A stretch of 64,000 nucleotides of DNA from an uncultured Nitrospiraceae bacterium (GTDB taxonomy: Bacteria; Nitrospirota; Thermodesulfovibrionia; Thermodesulfovibrionales; UBA6898). Below are positions 19,740 to 29,751 of this stretch, one piece after another; the stretch's first letter is position 1; every line of letters starts with the position of its first letter. The notes beneath the pieces were generated by a model. The model made no database searches, was not told the origin of the DNA, and saw nothing but the letters and a program-made list of their open reading frames with translations. The DNA lies in NCBI GenBank assembly GCA_963811165.1, contig CAWEQH010000010.1:896001-960000 (forward strand). Direction: 5' to 3'. Position numbers and translations under genes: made by a program.

Positions 19740-20126
19740 ATGACAGAACGTAATTTCAGGTTTATATTAGGGTTTTCCCTGATGGTATTTCTTTTTTTTG
19801 AGCTTCATGCGCTCATATACGCGTATATAGGACTGCTGATCTTTGAGGGTACCACCAATTTGCGTATCCCCATTTTGGTCTCACGTCTGAGATTCGGGAA
19901 GGACCGGCCTGACACTGAAGAAGAAACTTCCCGCGCATACAAACTAAATTTCGAGGCTGAACGGGGTTTCCGTTTTGTCATTGCAGGCACATTGATAATC
20001 ACTTCTGTGGTTTTTCATGAAGCCGCATGGTTTGTGCCGTGGCTGGTGGGGTTCGGACTTACAATGGCCGGGATTACAGGTATCTGTCCGGTCGCGATTT
20101 CCTTGCGCTGGGTTGGTTTCAGATAG
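19740..20126 (+). CDS. Small membrane protein (DUF2892/YgaP-like)
   Basis: Four hydrophobic segments; ER..R and AGITGICP motifs. Confidence 0.6.
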   Translation: MTERNFRFILGFSLMVFLFFELHALIYAYIGLLIFEGTTNLRIPILVSRLRFGKDRPDTEEETSRAYKLNFEAERGFRFVIAGTLIITSVVFHEAAWFVPWLVGFGLTMAGITGICPVAISLRWVGFR

Positions 20127-21751
20127 TGAAAAAAATAGCTGGCGTATCCGACGACTGGATAGAGAACTGGCAGGCCAGCATCGCAGTGAAGATCACCGCC
20201 GCAGTTTTATATGCCATTGTAACAGTCGGGGTCGCGATCACAGTAATTTCCCTGCATAACGTTAAAAAGAATCTTCAGGAAAACTATTCCGCAAACGCCG
20301 ACCGTATCGCCTATCAACTGGGAGGCTTAGTAGATTACAACCCCGGACTCTCACCGGGTGAGATTGAAAACAAGGCGCAGCAGCTTATGGCGGACTTTGA
20401 CCTGCAATCCATAGATATCACAATCGGGAGCAGGACGATCTCACTTGGCCGACGGGTTACGGATTCCTATGTTCTGGACAGAGCAGTAAACACATCTCCC
20501 AGCCATTCCCAGGACCGGATAATTCGCCTTAAAATCTGTTATCCCCCGCTTGTCAAAACCGTCACCCATCTCAGACACAGATGGTTTGCCATTACAGGAC
20601 TTGTCACTCTGGTTTCCGGGTTCTTACTTGTCTGGGTCATCAGGATATTCATTACCCGGCCCTTCACAACGTTGATTAACGCGACAAAAGCTGTTTCCGC
20701 GGGGAATATTGATGCGAGAATAGCGGTCAACAGAAAAGACGAATTCGGCTATCTTTCCATGTTCTTTAATCAAATGATGGACAAAATTCTCAGCGAACTT
20801 ACCGTGCGCAAACAGGCAGAGGAGTCTTTAAAGGAGAGAGAAGAACGTCTGATGACCGTGATGGATTCCGTACTGACAGGCATTATAATTATAGACGCGG
20901 AAACATTCAGGATTGATTATGTAAATCCGGCGGCGGTGGAAATGATAGGGACGCCGAAGGAGGAGATTATCGGGAAGTCATGCCGTGACTATATTTGCAT
21001 TAGCGACGGGGATTGCCCGATGGCCGATTACGGTAAGACCCTTGACCGGATGGACAGCGTTTTGAGGAAACCCGGAGGGCAGAGACTTCCGATACTTAAA
21101 AGTGTCACAACGGCAACGCTCAACGGAAGGTCACATATTATTGAAAGCATGATCGATATTACCGAACGCAAACGTGCAGAGGAGCAGATCACACATATGG
21201 CTTACTACGATCATCTCACGCAGCTGCCTAACCGCTTATTGTTCAAAGACCGTTTATATCAGGCAATCTCTCATGCTAAACGTAACGAGGGGAAAACAGC
21301 TGTTCTGTTTCTTGATCTGGATAATTTCAAACGGATAAATGATTCTCTCGGGCATAGGATTGGAGACCTGCTTTTGACTGAAGTTGCCGGGAGACTTGCT
21401 GCATGCACCCGGAAGACGGATACTATAACCCGTAATGTGGCTGGACCCTTTGGCATTACCGTAGCTCGGCTGGGAGGTGACGAATTCACTATCCTCCTTT
21501 CAGAGATAAAAGACCCTGCATCGGATATCAGGAAGTTTGTGCATCGTACTCGTAGAATGCTTGCTAGACCCTTTATGCTTGAGGGCCATAAGATTTTTAT
21601 AACCGTAAGCATAGGTATTTCTGTATATCCATACGACGGCGAGGACATTGAGAGCCTGATTAAGAACGCTGACATCGCCATGTATCATGCCAAAGAACGA
21701 GGCAAGAACAACTTCCATTTATATGGACAACATATGAATTCAGCCTCTTGA
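20126..21751 (+). CDS. Membrane diguanylate cyclase (HAMP-PAS-GGDEF), probably missing a former EAL domain
   Basis: GTG overlaps the upstream TAG; HAMP DEFGYL; DHLTQLPNR; DLDNFK.IND; RLGGDEF; ADIAMY.AK. Confidence 0.85.
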   Translation: MKKIAGVSDDWIENWQASIAVKITAAVLYAIVTVGVAITVISLHNVKKNLQENYSANADRIAYQLGGLVDYNPGLSPGEIENKAQQLMADFDLQSIDITIGSRTISLGRRVTDSYVLDRAVNTSPSHSQDRIIRLKICYPPLVKTVTHLRHRWFAITGLVTLVSGFLLVWVIRIFITRPFTTLINATKAVSAGNIDARIAVNRKDEFGYLSMFFNQMMDKILSELTVRKQAEESLKEREERLMTVMDSVLTGIIIIDAETFRIDYVNPAAVEMIGTPKEEIIGKSCRDYICISDGDCPMADYGKTLDRMDSVLRKPGGQRLPILKSVTTATLNGRSHIIESMIDITERKRAEEQITHMAYYDHLTQLPNRLLFKDRLYQAISHAKRNEGKTAVLFLDLDNFKRINDSLGHRIGDLLLTEVAGRLAACTRKTDTITRNVAGPFGITVARLGGDEFTILLSEIKDPASDIRKFVHRTRRMLARPFMLEGHKIFITVSIGISVYPYDGEDIESLIKNADIAMYHAKERGKNNFHLYGQHMNSAS

Positions 21752-21772
21752 AAAGCTGAAAATAGAGACAGT

Positions 21773-22009
21773 TTGCGGCAGCAACAACAGAGACAGGAGC
21801 TAAGACATCAAAGGCAAGAGCAATATCAAAAGAGGCCTGAGGTTCAGCAACATCCTCAGCGGAGACAAGGGCAAAAAAGACAATACCAACAAAAACAACC
21901 CCGGGTTCGGCAACCTCTGAGACAAGAGCAAAAACCTCACGCACAGCAACTACAACACTCTCAGCCTCAAGGAAAACCTGAACGAGGAGATGAAGAACAT
22001 AGAAAGTAG
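21773..22009 (+). pseudogene. Gln/Arg-rich low-complexity 3' gene fragment
   Basis: Imperfect repeats (GGTTCAGCAAC../GGTTCGGCAAC..GAGACAAG) encoding RQEQ-type units; no convincing start. Confidence 0.4.
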
Positions 22010-22277
22010 GAGGACAAGAAGTTAAGAAATGTTGCCAGTTTAGCCCGGACCGTTTCAGAACCTTAATCTCGCCCGCGGGCAGCAGCATTTCTTCCGGTTC
22101 GTAAAGAGATTAAATCCTTTCATCTCCTTTCCCTCATTCTCTTCGAAGCCGGCACTTACCTCCATTTTTATAGAGCTTCAGCTCTTCATCCTTATTAATG
22201 ATGTGGTCTCCCAGTAGGTATAGACCACTTTGACGCGATAAAGGTCACATTTCGAAAAGTCCCCATCTTCCGTACCA

Positions 22278-22312
22278 GGGCATATCACCCAAACGAGGGT
22301 AATTTTAGTCAC
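22278..22312. promoter_or_regulatory. Putative UAS, copy 5 (degenerate)
   Basis: GGGCATATCACCC-AAACGA-GGGTAATTTTAGTCAC. Confidence 0.5.
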
Positions 22313-22432
22313 CAGATATTGATTAATCAAATATTATAGTGTTAGGATATTTCGTCGCTGATATGCCGAAAACGAAGGGAAAAAATGGCTATGTCCGGCG
22401 GAATAAACATGAGACCTGGGGGAAAGGATAAT

Positions 22433-23818
22433 GTGAACCTGAAGAGGTCCATGCAGTCCCGCTACGCCACAATCCACAAAAAAAGTTTGATCGTCGACGA
22501 TGAGGCTATGATCAGACTGTTGCTGAAAAAGGTCTTCGAGAAAGAAGGGTTTTCCGTCGTTACGGCAAGTTCCGGCGCCTCCGCATTAAAAATCTTGGAA
22601 GAAGAGACCCCGGGAATAGTTGTACTGGATGTCAGGTTACCCGATTCCAACGGAATCGACCTCCTAAGGACCATTAAAGAAGTAAATCCCGAAACCATTG
22701 TCATCATGATCACAGGGTATGCCGACATAAAAAGCTCTGTCGAAGCTATGAAGATGGGGGCCTATGATTTTCTTGAAAAACCTCTGGATCTTGAGAATAT
22801 CGGCAACATGCTCTCGGCCCTCAAAAAAGAAAAACCACAGAAAGATAAGAACAGCAGTATGGGTGATTTTGTTTACGCGGGCGACACGATGAAAGAGGTC
22901 GTCAGGATTGTGGACAGTCTGGCGACAAAGTCCGACGTGACAGTCCTTGTGCTTGGGGAAAGCGGTACGGGGAAGAATCTCCTCTGCAGGAGGATCCACG
23001 AGATGAGTTCCCGTAGGAATATGCCGTTTGTAGAGATCGGCTGTTCGAACATCCCGGACCATCTTATGGAAAGCGAACTCTTCGGCTATAAGAAGGGGGC
23101 ATTCACTGATGCAAAGGAAACAAAAAAAGGGCTTTTTGAACTAGCCCTCGGCGGCACGGTGCTGCTTGATGAAATCGGCGACATGCCTTATCAGATGCAG
23201 TCGAAGATCCTCACTCTGATCGAAGAAAAAAGGTTCCGGAGAATAGGAGGACTCGATTACATGCATGCCGACGTGAGGATACTGGCCGCGACAAACAGGG
23301 ATCTTCAGGACCTTGTGCATGCCAAGAAATTCAGACTGGACCTTTTTTACCGGCTCAATGTCGCAACGATCGAGATACCCCCGCTAAGGGAGCGGGAAAA
23401 AGATATCCCTTTTCTCCTTCAATATTACCTTGATAAGAGCTACGAAAAATATGGGCTAAAGCCGAAGGGCTTGTCCGCGAAGGCCATGACGAGTTTACAG
23501 GAATACGAATGGCCCGGCAATGTGAGGGAGCTGAAGAATTTGATCGAGCGGGTGGTCATCTTATCAAAGGGAGACGAGATCACGGTCAACGATGTCCAAC
23601 CTTGTCTTTTTCCTGGAAAAAGGGGAACGGCACAACCCCAGATGGGGACGACCCTCAAGGCCATGGAAGAAGACTTGATCAAGGCGGCCTTTGAGCTGAC
23701 ACATGGCAACCAGAGGAAAACGGCGAACCTGCTCGACATCAGCAGGGACACCCTCCGGTACCGCCTCAAAAAAATGGGGCTGACTCAGCCGCGGGAAAAA
23801 AAAGCCCCGCACGAATGA
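22433..23818 (+). CDS. sigma54-dependent response regulator, copy 2
   Basis: Paralog of 16089..17495; GTG start and leader homologous to 17495-17640. Confidence 0.92.
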   Translation: MNLKRSMQSRYATIHKKSLIVDDEAMIRLLLKKVFEKEGFSVVTASSGASALKILEEETPGIVVLDVRLPDSNGIDLLRTIKEVNPETIVIMITGYADIKSSVEAMKMGAYDFLEKPLDLENIGNMLSALKKEKPQKDKNSSMGDFVYAGDTMKEVVRIVDSLATKSDVTVLVLGESGTGKNLLCRRIHEMSSRRNMPFVEIGCSNIPDHLMESELFGYKKGAFTDAKETKKGLFELALGGTVLLDEIGDMPYQMQSKILTLIEEKRFRRIGGLDYMHADVRILAATNRDLQDLVHAKKFRLDLFYRLNVATIEIPPLREREKDIPFLLQYYLDKSYEKYGLKPKGLSAKAMTSLQEYEWPGNVRELKNLIERVVILSKGDEITVNDVQPCLFPGKRGTAQPQMGTTLKAMEEDLIKAAFELTHGNQRKTANLLDISRDTLRYRLKKMGLTQPREKKAPHE

Positions 23819-23825
23819 GGCCGCG

Positions 23826-23878
23826 ATGAAGCTGCAGGCCTTGATTTTCCTCATTCGCGGTTACACCGATGACATCTC
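23826..23878 (+). pseudogene. Deletion scar of the hybrid kinase paralog
   Basis: MKLQALI (cf. kinase N-terminus MKLRALI) fused directly to FLIRGYTDDI (cf. kinase REC LFISGYTDDI). Confidence 0.7.
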
Positions 23879-23913
23879 AATTCGGCGGGCGGTATTTGGC
23901 GGGAAAATATGTG

Positions 23914-24153
23914 TTAAGTCCGGGCCTTCTTCGGTTTCAATGCATGGCACCTGAGACATTCGAATTTCGGCGGATGGGTCTTCTTTAACTCATTTTTCTT
24001 GCCCGGTCCATGACACTCCATGCAGGAAGAATTATCCCCTGCCGATTTATGCAAATCATCATCCGGGATGGGAGGATACGTCTTGCCGGGGAAAAGCAGC
24101 AGAAGTCCGACCACAATGGCAACGAAGACAATAAACCCTAATATGCCCTTCAT
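23914..24153 (-). CDS. Small membrane-anchored diheme cytochrome c
   Basis: N-terminal TM; CMECH and CLRCH. Confidence 0.8.
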   Translation of the reverse strand: MKGILGFIVFVAIVVGLLLLFPGKTYPPIPDDDLHKSAGDNSSCMECHGPGKKNELKKTHPPKFECLRCHALKPKKART

Positions 24154-24321
24154 AGCACATTTTACCATTGGCTCTTTTAATTCCCAAACTTTTGCTATTG
24201 GGTCAGTCTCATGGCTGACACACTATCCTTACTAAATAAATCCAGCCGTTTATCACTTGTCTTTTATCGTCTCCTGTCTTACACTGAGAGAATAGTTCAT
24301 AGGTAACTCATCCGGAGTCAT

Positions 24322-24648
24322 ATGAAAAAGAAAAACAAAGGCCCTTTCGTCCCCGAGGAGAGGCATGAGACCGTCCGCCGGCAGATAATGTCAATCCTTA
24401 AGGAGGGGACTTTTTCTGCAAAAGATATTTCCGCCGAGGTGAGGATCCCGGAAAAAGAGGTTTACGGCCATCTCGAACATATCAGAAAGACGACGGACAA
24501 AAAAGAACGTCATATGACGATCACCCCTGCCGAGTGCGTCAAATGCGGCTTCGTCTTCGGTAAGAGAGAGAGGCTAAAGAAACCGGGAAAGTGTCCGGTC
24601 TGCAAAGGGGAACTGATCCGGGAACCGTTTTTTTCGATCAGAGACTAA
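24322..24648 (+). CDS. wHTH plus Zn-ribbon transcriptional regulator (COG3357-like)
   Basis: EKEVYGHLEHI; CVKCGF..KPGKCPVC. Confidence 0.8.
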   Translation: MKKKNKGPFVPEERHETVRRQIMSILKEGTFSAKDISAEVRIPEKEVYGHLEHIRKTTDKKERHMTITPAECVKCGFVFGKRERLKKPGKCPVCKGELIREPFFSIRD

Positions 24649-26582
24649 GTTTTCTTTTCGACAATTGGACCTGCTGCGGCCTTCTCCTTCGACCCCTTTA
24701 TGATTTTTTCGATCTCTTCCTTGTCGAGCATCTCTTCCCTGATGAGGGCCTCCGCCAGACTATCGAGGACATGCCTGTTACGAACAAGTATATCTTTAGA
24801 CTTCTCCTCAGCTTCAATAATAAACCTTTGAATCTCCTTGTCCATGAGCCAGGCCATTTCCTCGCTGTAGCGCTTCGGCATCGAGAGTTCACGCCCCAGA
24901 AAAGGATGTTCCTCCCCCCTTCCGAGATTCACGGGGCCGACCTTATCGCTCATCCCCCATTGGGCGACCATCTTTTCTGCCAGGGTAGTCGCTTCTTTCA
25001 GATCGCTCTGGGCGCCGCTGCTGACGTCGTTGAAGACAAGTTTTTCCGCATTCCTCCCCCCAAGGGCCACGCACAACCTGTTCATAAGATACGCCTTCGG
25101 ATAATAATGTCTATCTTCCTCAGGAAGGAGTTGTGTCACCCCCATCGCCACCCCCCTGGGGATGATACTAACTTTGTAGATGGGATCCGTGCCCGGCAGT
25201 TCCCATGCAACCAGGGTGTGGCCCGCCTCGTGATAGGCAGTTATCTTTTTTTCCGTGTCACTGATAGTCTCTTCCCTTTTGGACCCCATCAAGATGATGT
25301 CCATTGCCTCCTCAAAGTCGCTCATGTCGAGCGTGTCCTTATTTTTTCTCAGGGCGACAAGGGCGGCCTCGTTCGTAAGATTTTCGAGGTCCGCGCCGGT
25401 CATACCCGGCGTCCCCTTCGCTATGGTTTCGAGATCGACATTATCGGCAAGGGCCTTCCCCCTCACATGCACCTGGAGTATCGCCTTCCGCTCCTTCCAA
25501 CCGGGTCTGTCGATAACGATATGCCTGTCGAAACGCCCCGGCCGCAGAAGTGCCGGATCAAGAACGTCCGGCCTGTTGGTGGCGGCCATGACGATAACCT
25601 CGTCATGGGGGTCAAAACCGTCCATCTCGCTTAGGAGCTGATTCAAGGTCTGTTCCCTTTCATCGTGACCGCCGCCGAGCCCTGTGCCGCGCGTACGACC
25701 TACGGCATCGATCTCGTCTATAAAGATAATGCTCGGATGGGACGCCTTCGCCTTCTGGAACATGTCTCTCACGCGGGACGCCCCGACCCCTACAAACATT
25801 TCTATAAACTCCGAGGCGCTTATGCTGTAAAAAGGCACCCCTGCCTCACCTGCCGTGGCGCGGGCAAGAAGCGTCTTCCCTGTCCCCGGAGGTCCGATCA
25901 AGAGAACTCCTTTAGGTACTTTTGCTCCGATCTTCAAGTACCGGGAAGGGTCCTTCAGAAACTCGATCGTCTCCCTGAGTTCCTGCTTTACGTTTTCCAT
26001 ACCCGCGACGTCCTTGAAAGTCACCCCCGGCTTTTTCACATCAAACAACTTTGCCTTGCTCGCACCGAAGGTAAAGAGCCCACCCGGTCCGCCCTGTATC
26101 TGCTGTTGGGCGCGTCGCATAATCAGCATCCATACCCCGATAATCACTACCCAGGGAAGAAGCCCGATAATGAATTGCCAGAAGAGCGATTTTTCCCCCG
26201 CCGGTTCGACATTGATGACCACGTTCTTTTTTTCGAGTTCTGAGAGCAGGCCTTCGCCCTGAAAAGAAGGCAGGTTGGTCTGAAAATCCTTCACCGCCAG
26301 CGGTTTTTTCGCTCCGGGGAGGATGATATTCACTTCCTTGATGAACTCGCCGTTTACCTGCAGCTTCCTTATTGAAACGGATTTAATGTTGCCTGCGTTG
26401 AGTTGTTCGAAGAACTGACTGTAGCTTACCTCATACCGCTCCGGCCCCGTCGGTGTAAAATACTGAGTCCAGACAAATAGAATAATAAAGACGAGAATGG
26501 CAACAATGCTTGTCCTCCATTGGGGGCTTCTCAGCTTGTCGGCAACGTCCTCTTTTTTTGCAGGCCCTTCGTTTTCATCCAT
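24645..26582 (-). CDS. ftsH: ATP-dependent zinc metalloprotease FtsH
   Basis: 2 [26 protein letters not shown]. Confidence 0.97.
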   Translation of the reverse strand: MDENEGPAKKEDVADKLRSPQWRTSIVAILVFIILFVWTQYFTPTGPERYEVSYSQFFEQLNAGNIKSVSIRKLQVNGEFIKEVNIILPGAKKPLAVKDFQTNLPSFQGEGLLSELEKKNVVINVEPAGEKSLFWQFIIGLLPWVVIIGVWMLIMRRAQQQIQGGPGGLFTFGASKAKLFDVKKPGVTFKDVAGMENVKQELRETIEFLKDPSRYLKIGAKVPKGVLLIGPPGTGKTLLARATAGEAGVPFYSISASEFIEMFVGVGASRVRDMFQKAKASHPSIIFIDEIDAVGRTRGTGLGGGHDEREQTLNQLLSEMDGFDPHDEVIVMAATNRPDVLDPALLRPGRFDRHIVIDRPGWKERKAILQVHVRGKALADNVDLETIAKGTPGMTGADLENLTNEAALVALRKNKDTLDMSDFEEAMDIILMGSKREETISDTEKKITAYHEAGHTLVAWELPGTDPIYKVSIIPRGVAMGVTQLLPEEDRHYYPKAYLMNRLCVALGGRNAEKLVFNDVSSGAQSDLKEATTLAEKMVAQWGMSDKVGPVNLGRGEEHPFLGRELSMPKRYSEEMAWLMDKEIQRFIIEAEEKSKDILVRNRHVLDSLAEALIREEMLDKEEIEKIIKGSKEKAAAGPIVEKKT

Positions 26583-26753
26583 GGATCCATTGTATCATTT
26601 TCCCCTTAGATTACAAGGGGTATTAGCCTCTGCGACCACGTTGCCTCCTGTGTTTCTTATCCTTTTTTTCCCTTTGCAAAGGACTCCCAGAAGGGATAAA
26701 ATGAGATTAGGAGGTACGAAAAATCATCTTATTTTTAAGAAAGAAGGGATGGT

Positions 26754-27203
26754 ATGAAGAACGTAATCATTGCTGCGGATCTTGGACATTTCAGGGCCTA
26801 TCGTGTAACAAAAGACAAATGGGAAAGCCCGCGTGTGGAATTGATAGAGAGTTATGACTCCACCGAGGGTCACGGGAAGTTATCCGAAAAATACAGCGAC
26901 GCCAACGGGAGATTCGGACTGATGGGGGGCAAGAACGGCTCTGCCAGCGGTAACGGCGAGTCCCATAACGTAAAGCGGGAGGCGGAAAGGAGGGTGACGA
27001 GACTACTTGCGAAAGACATCAACACCCTAATAACCAGGGAAGGCGGCGGAAGATGGTACCTTGCCGCACCTGAAGAGATAAACAGGCAGATAGTGGAAAA
27101 CCTTGACCCTTTGGTAAAGGGCAAACTCTCGAAGAATTTAAGTGAAGATCTGACAAAGACAAAAAAGTCGGAAATCCTGAGTCACTTCGAGACCGTCACC
27201 TGA
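26754..27203 (+). CDS. Host attachment protein family (eRF1-like)
   Basis: IIAAD...RAY; LAAP; L.KNL..DLT motifs. Confidence 0.7.
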   Translation: MKNVIIAADLGHFRAYRVTKDKWESPRVELIESYDSTEGHGKLSEKYSDANGRFGLMGGKNGSASGNGESHNVKREAERRVTRLLAKDINTLITREGGGRWYLAAPEEINRQIVENLDPLVKGKLSKNLSEDLTKTKKSEILSHFETVT

Positions 27204-27204
27204 T

Positions 27205-28302
27205 ATGGTCATAGGGGTACCAAGGGAAATAAAGAAGGAAGAATACCGGGTCGGCATCATTCCTTCAGGGGTGAAAGAACTTAAGAGCGCAGGCCACACG
27301 GTCCTTGTGGAGGAGTGCGCCGGTATAGGGAGTGGGTTTTTAGACGACGAGTACCTTGACGCCGACGCTGACATCGTAGGAAAAAAGGTCCTATTCGAAA
27401 AATCCGATCTCATCGTAAAGGTTAAGGAACCGCTGCCTGCGGAGTATGACTTTTTCCGACCGGGACAGGTTGTTTTCACATATCTGCATCTCGCACCGAA
27501 CAGGGAACTTACCAAATTCCTCTTGCAAAGGGAGATAACGGCGATCGGATACGAGACCCTCGAAAAAGACGGCCGGCTTCCCCTTCTTTCCCCCATGAGT
27601 GAAATCGCCGGACGAATGGCGCCGATCATTGGTGCTTACTATCTTCAGATGATCTATGGAGGCTCCGGCGTCCTGGCCGGCGGTGTTGCGGGGGTACGGC
27701 CCGCCAAGGCATTGATACTCGGCGGTGGAGTGGTCGGGTCTAACGCGGCGCGGGTAAGCATCGGACTGGGAATGGAAACGGTTGTAATAAACAAGGGGGT
27801 CGAGAAACTCCAGAAACTGGACGAACTGTTCATGGGCAGGGTACACACCCTGCCCTTCACCATGCACGATGTCGCCGTGGAGATCAGGGACGCCGACATA
27901 GTAATAGGCGCGGTGCTCGTGCCTGGGGGCAGAACACCGGTTCTGATTTCAAGGGAGATGCTCGGGACTATGAAAAAAGGAGCGGTAATTGTTGACGTCT
28001 CGGTGGATCAGGGCGGATGTGCCGACACCTCAAGTCCGACTACTCACGACAAGCCGATATATTCCGTCGATGGAATTATTCACTATACTGTTGCCAATAT
28101 GCCCGGTGCCTATCCGAGGACATCGACCCTTGCTCTGACGAACGCAACGCTTCCTTACATCAAGACGATCTCAAATGCAGGGATTGAAAAAGCGATAAGT
28201 GAAGACCCGGCTATAAAAAGCAGTCTAAACACCCTTCGCGGGGAAATTGTCCACCAGGGCGTGGCAGAGGCCTTCCGGACATACTCATCAGACCATAAGT
28301 GA
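27205..28302 (+). CDS. ald: Alanine dehydrogenase
   Basis: IGVPREIK; KVKEP; YLHLA; PMSEIAG; VDQGGC; VANMPGA. Confidence 0.96.
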   Translation: MVIGVPREIKKEEYRVGIIPSGVKELKSAGHTVLVEECAGIGSGFLDDEYLDADADIVGKKVLFEKSDLIVKVKEPLPAEYDFFRPGQVVFTYLHLAPNRELTKFLLQREITAIGYETLEKDGRLPLLSPMSEIAGRMAPIIGAYYLQMIYGGSGVLAGGVAGVRPAKALILGGGVVGSNAARVSIGLGMETVVINKGVEKLQKLDELFMGRVHTLPFTMHDVAVEIRDADIVIGAVLVPGGRTPVLISREMLGTMKKGAVIVDVSVDQGGCADTSSPTTHDKPIYSVDGIIHYTVANMPGAYPRTSTLALTNATLPYIKTISNAGIEKAISEDPAIKSSLNTLRGEIVHQGVAEAFRTYSSDHK

Positions 28303-28305
28303 AGG

Positions 28306-29439
28306 CTACTTCTCGGTTTCGACCCGTTTCAGTTCGGCCGTGACCCTCCCGATAGAGACCTTGGTCTCAACCTTAAGGGGCAGTCGATTTTCGTCATTTG
28401 AAAGCCAGATCCTTATATCACCCTTATTTTGGAAGAGACCATCCGACTTAAGAATGGGTTTCACAATAATGGCCTCTATCTCTCCTCTTTCAGCGAATTT
28501 GACCCTTTCCCTGCCGAGCACGTTGACCTCGGCGTTCAATACCTTGTTACTGTCGAAGATATCGATAAAGACCGTCTTATCAGGGTCAAGACCCTTCGTC
28601 CTAAGATAGTAAAAACCAGAGATCACGTCCCAAAAAGTACCGCCTGCGTCGAGATGCTCCTCCTTGATCCCTTTCAGATAATCGTAGTAAGTGATCCTCT
28701 TGCCGTCGGCGTCAAATATTGTTTCCTTGTCGCTTCTGTATCTGCCCTCGTGTTGCCTTATCCTGAAGCTAAAGGGCCTTCCTTCTACGACCCTGCTTTC
28801 AGCGAAATCTTCTACCTTGTAGATTGTGGATATGACAGGCGAGGAATGGACCCGGGAGGTGATCCTGATGATACCGCCCTCATTGACCGCTTCGAGGACC
28901 GCTTTCCCCACATATATGCCGAGCCAGAATATGTCGTAAGAAAACTTCTCCCTCTTAAAATTAATTATCTTGGGAGCCTGGCTGTGTTTAGGGGATTTCA
29001 CAGTCCATTCCGGCACAATATATTTAGCGACTTTAGCGGCATCTTCTATTCCCCTCCCGTCCGTGGGGTCTTCAAGCGCGGTCGCCTTTTTTTCATCACT
29101 AGGCGGTGTAGTTTCACGGGCCCTTTTCATGTCCGCATCTGCCGCGGCCCCGTCTTGGGCTGTCGTACCTTCTTCATTTTTTCCTTCGGGTCTTACGCCC
29201 TTTTTAGCGGATATGCGGGGAGGAGAATACACCCCTGAGTACTTTTCAGCCGCGCGACTCGCATAAGGTTTCGCCCGCGACTCCTCCAAAAGATCTGCAG
29301 AGAGACTTTTTTCGGAAGAAAGTCCGGCAATACCCATCACGCCGATTCCGGGGACAGAGACGATTGCTGCGGCATGAAGTATCCCCGAAATGACAAGCGA
29401 GACCAGCAAAGGGATAGAAATATTTCTGAAAATTCTCAC
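28306..29439 (-). CDS. DUF3108 domain protein
   Basis: EKFSYDIFWLGIYVG..WLSNDENRLPLK pattern; N-terminal anchor and linker. Confidence 0.75.
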   Translation of the reverse strand: MRIFRNISIPLLVSLVISGILHAAAIVSVPGIGVMGIAGLSSEKSLSADLLEESRAKPYASRAAEKYSGVYSPPRISAKKGVRPEGKNEEGTTAQDGAAADADMKRARETTPPSDEKKATALEDPTDGRGIEDAAKVAKYIVPEWTVKSPKHSQAPKIINFKREKFSYDIFWLGIYVGKAVLEAVNEGGIIRITSRVHSSPVISTIYKVEDFAESRVVEGRPFSFRIRQHEGRYRSDKETIFDADGKRITYYDYLKGIKEEHLDAGGTFWDVISGFYYLRTKGLDPDKTVFIDIFDSNKVLNAEVNVLGRERVKFAERGEIEAIIVKPILKSDGLFQNKGDIRIWLSNDENRLPLKVETKVSIGRVTAELKRVETEK

Positions 29440-29570
29440 ATGTATCCATTCGGACAGCTCAATAGTCCGCCTCTTTACCTTATGCTAAACAAAATAATCG
29501 TATTAATTCAAATGGTGGGCATAGACACAAGAGTGGGCGCAATTCATATATAGACTTCTCTGCAGGCAGT

Positions 29571-29709
29571 AAACATGCAGGAGTGTGGACTGCCTTTGAG
29601 CGGCTTCAATTACTCGTATTACCCGCCTTAAGCAAGGCGAGAAATTCCTCGGCGGCCCCGGTTTATTGGATCCGAGATGAGAGAGGAGACGGTCCACTCC
29701 TGCATGTTT
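29571..29709 (+). ncRNA. Unassigned structured element, copy A
   Basis: Terminal inverted repeat AAACATGCAGGAGTG(TG)GAC/GTCCACTCCTGCATGTTT; internal hairpins; homologous to 63659-63788. Confidence 0.5.
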
Positions 29710-29751
29710 GGTTATTGCTAAGAATTCCGAATTGACAAATGAGGTATCAGA

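Noticed and set aside
21749..21775. The cyclase TGA is in frame with the downstream Gln-rich ORF, suggesting a second Sec readthrough
   Set aside because: No SECIS-like hairpin follows, the context is not a redox motif, and a frameshifted EAL-linker remnant explains it better
29571..29709. 6S RNA, retron msr-msd, or hairpin/hammerhead ribozyme identity for the structured element
   Set aside because: It is branched and short for 6S, has no reverse transcriptase nearby and lacks CUGAUGA/GAAA; the GUAUUAC/AGAAA resemblance to the hairpin ribozyme is absent from copy B
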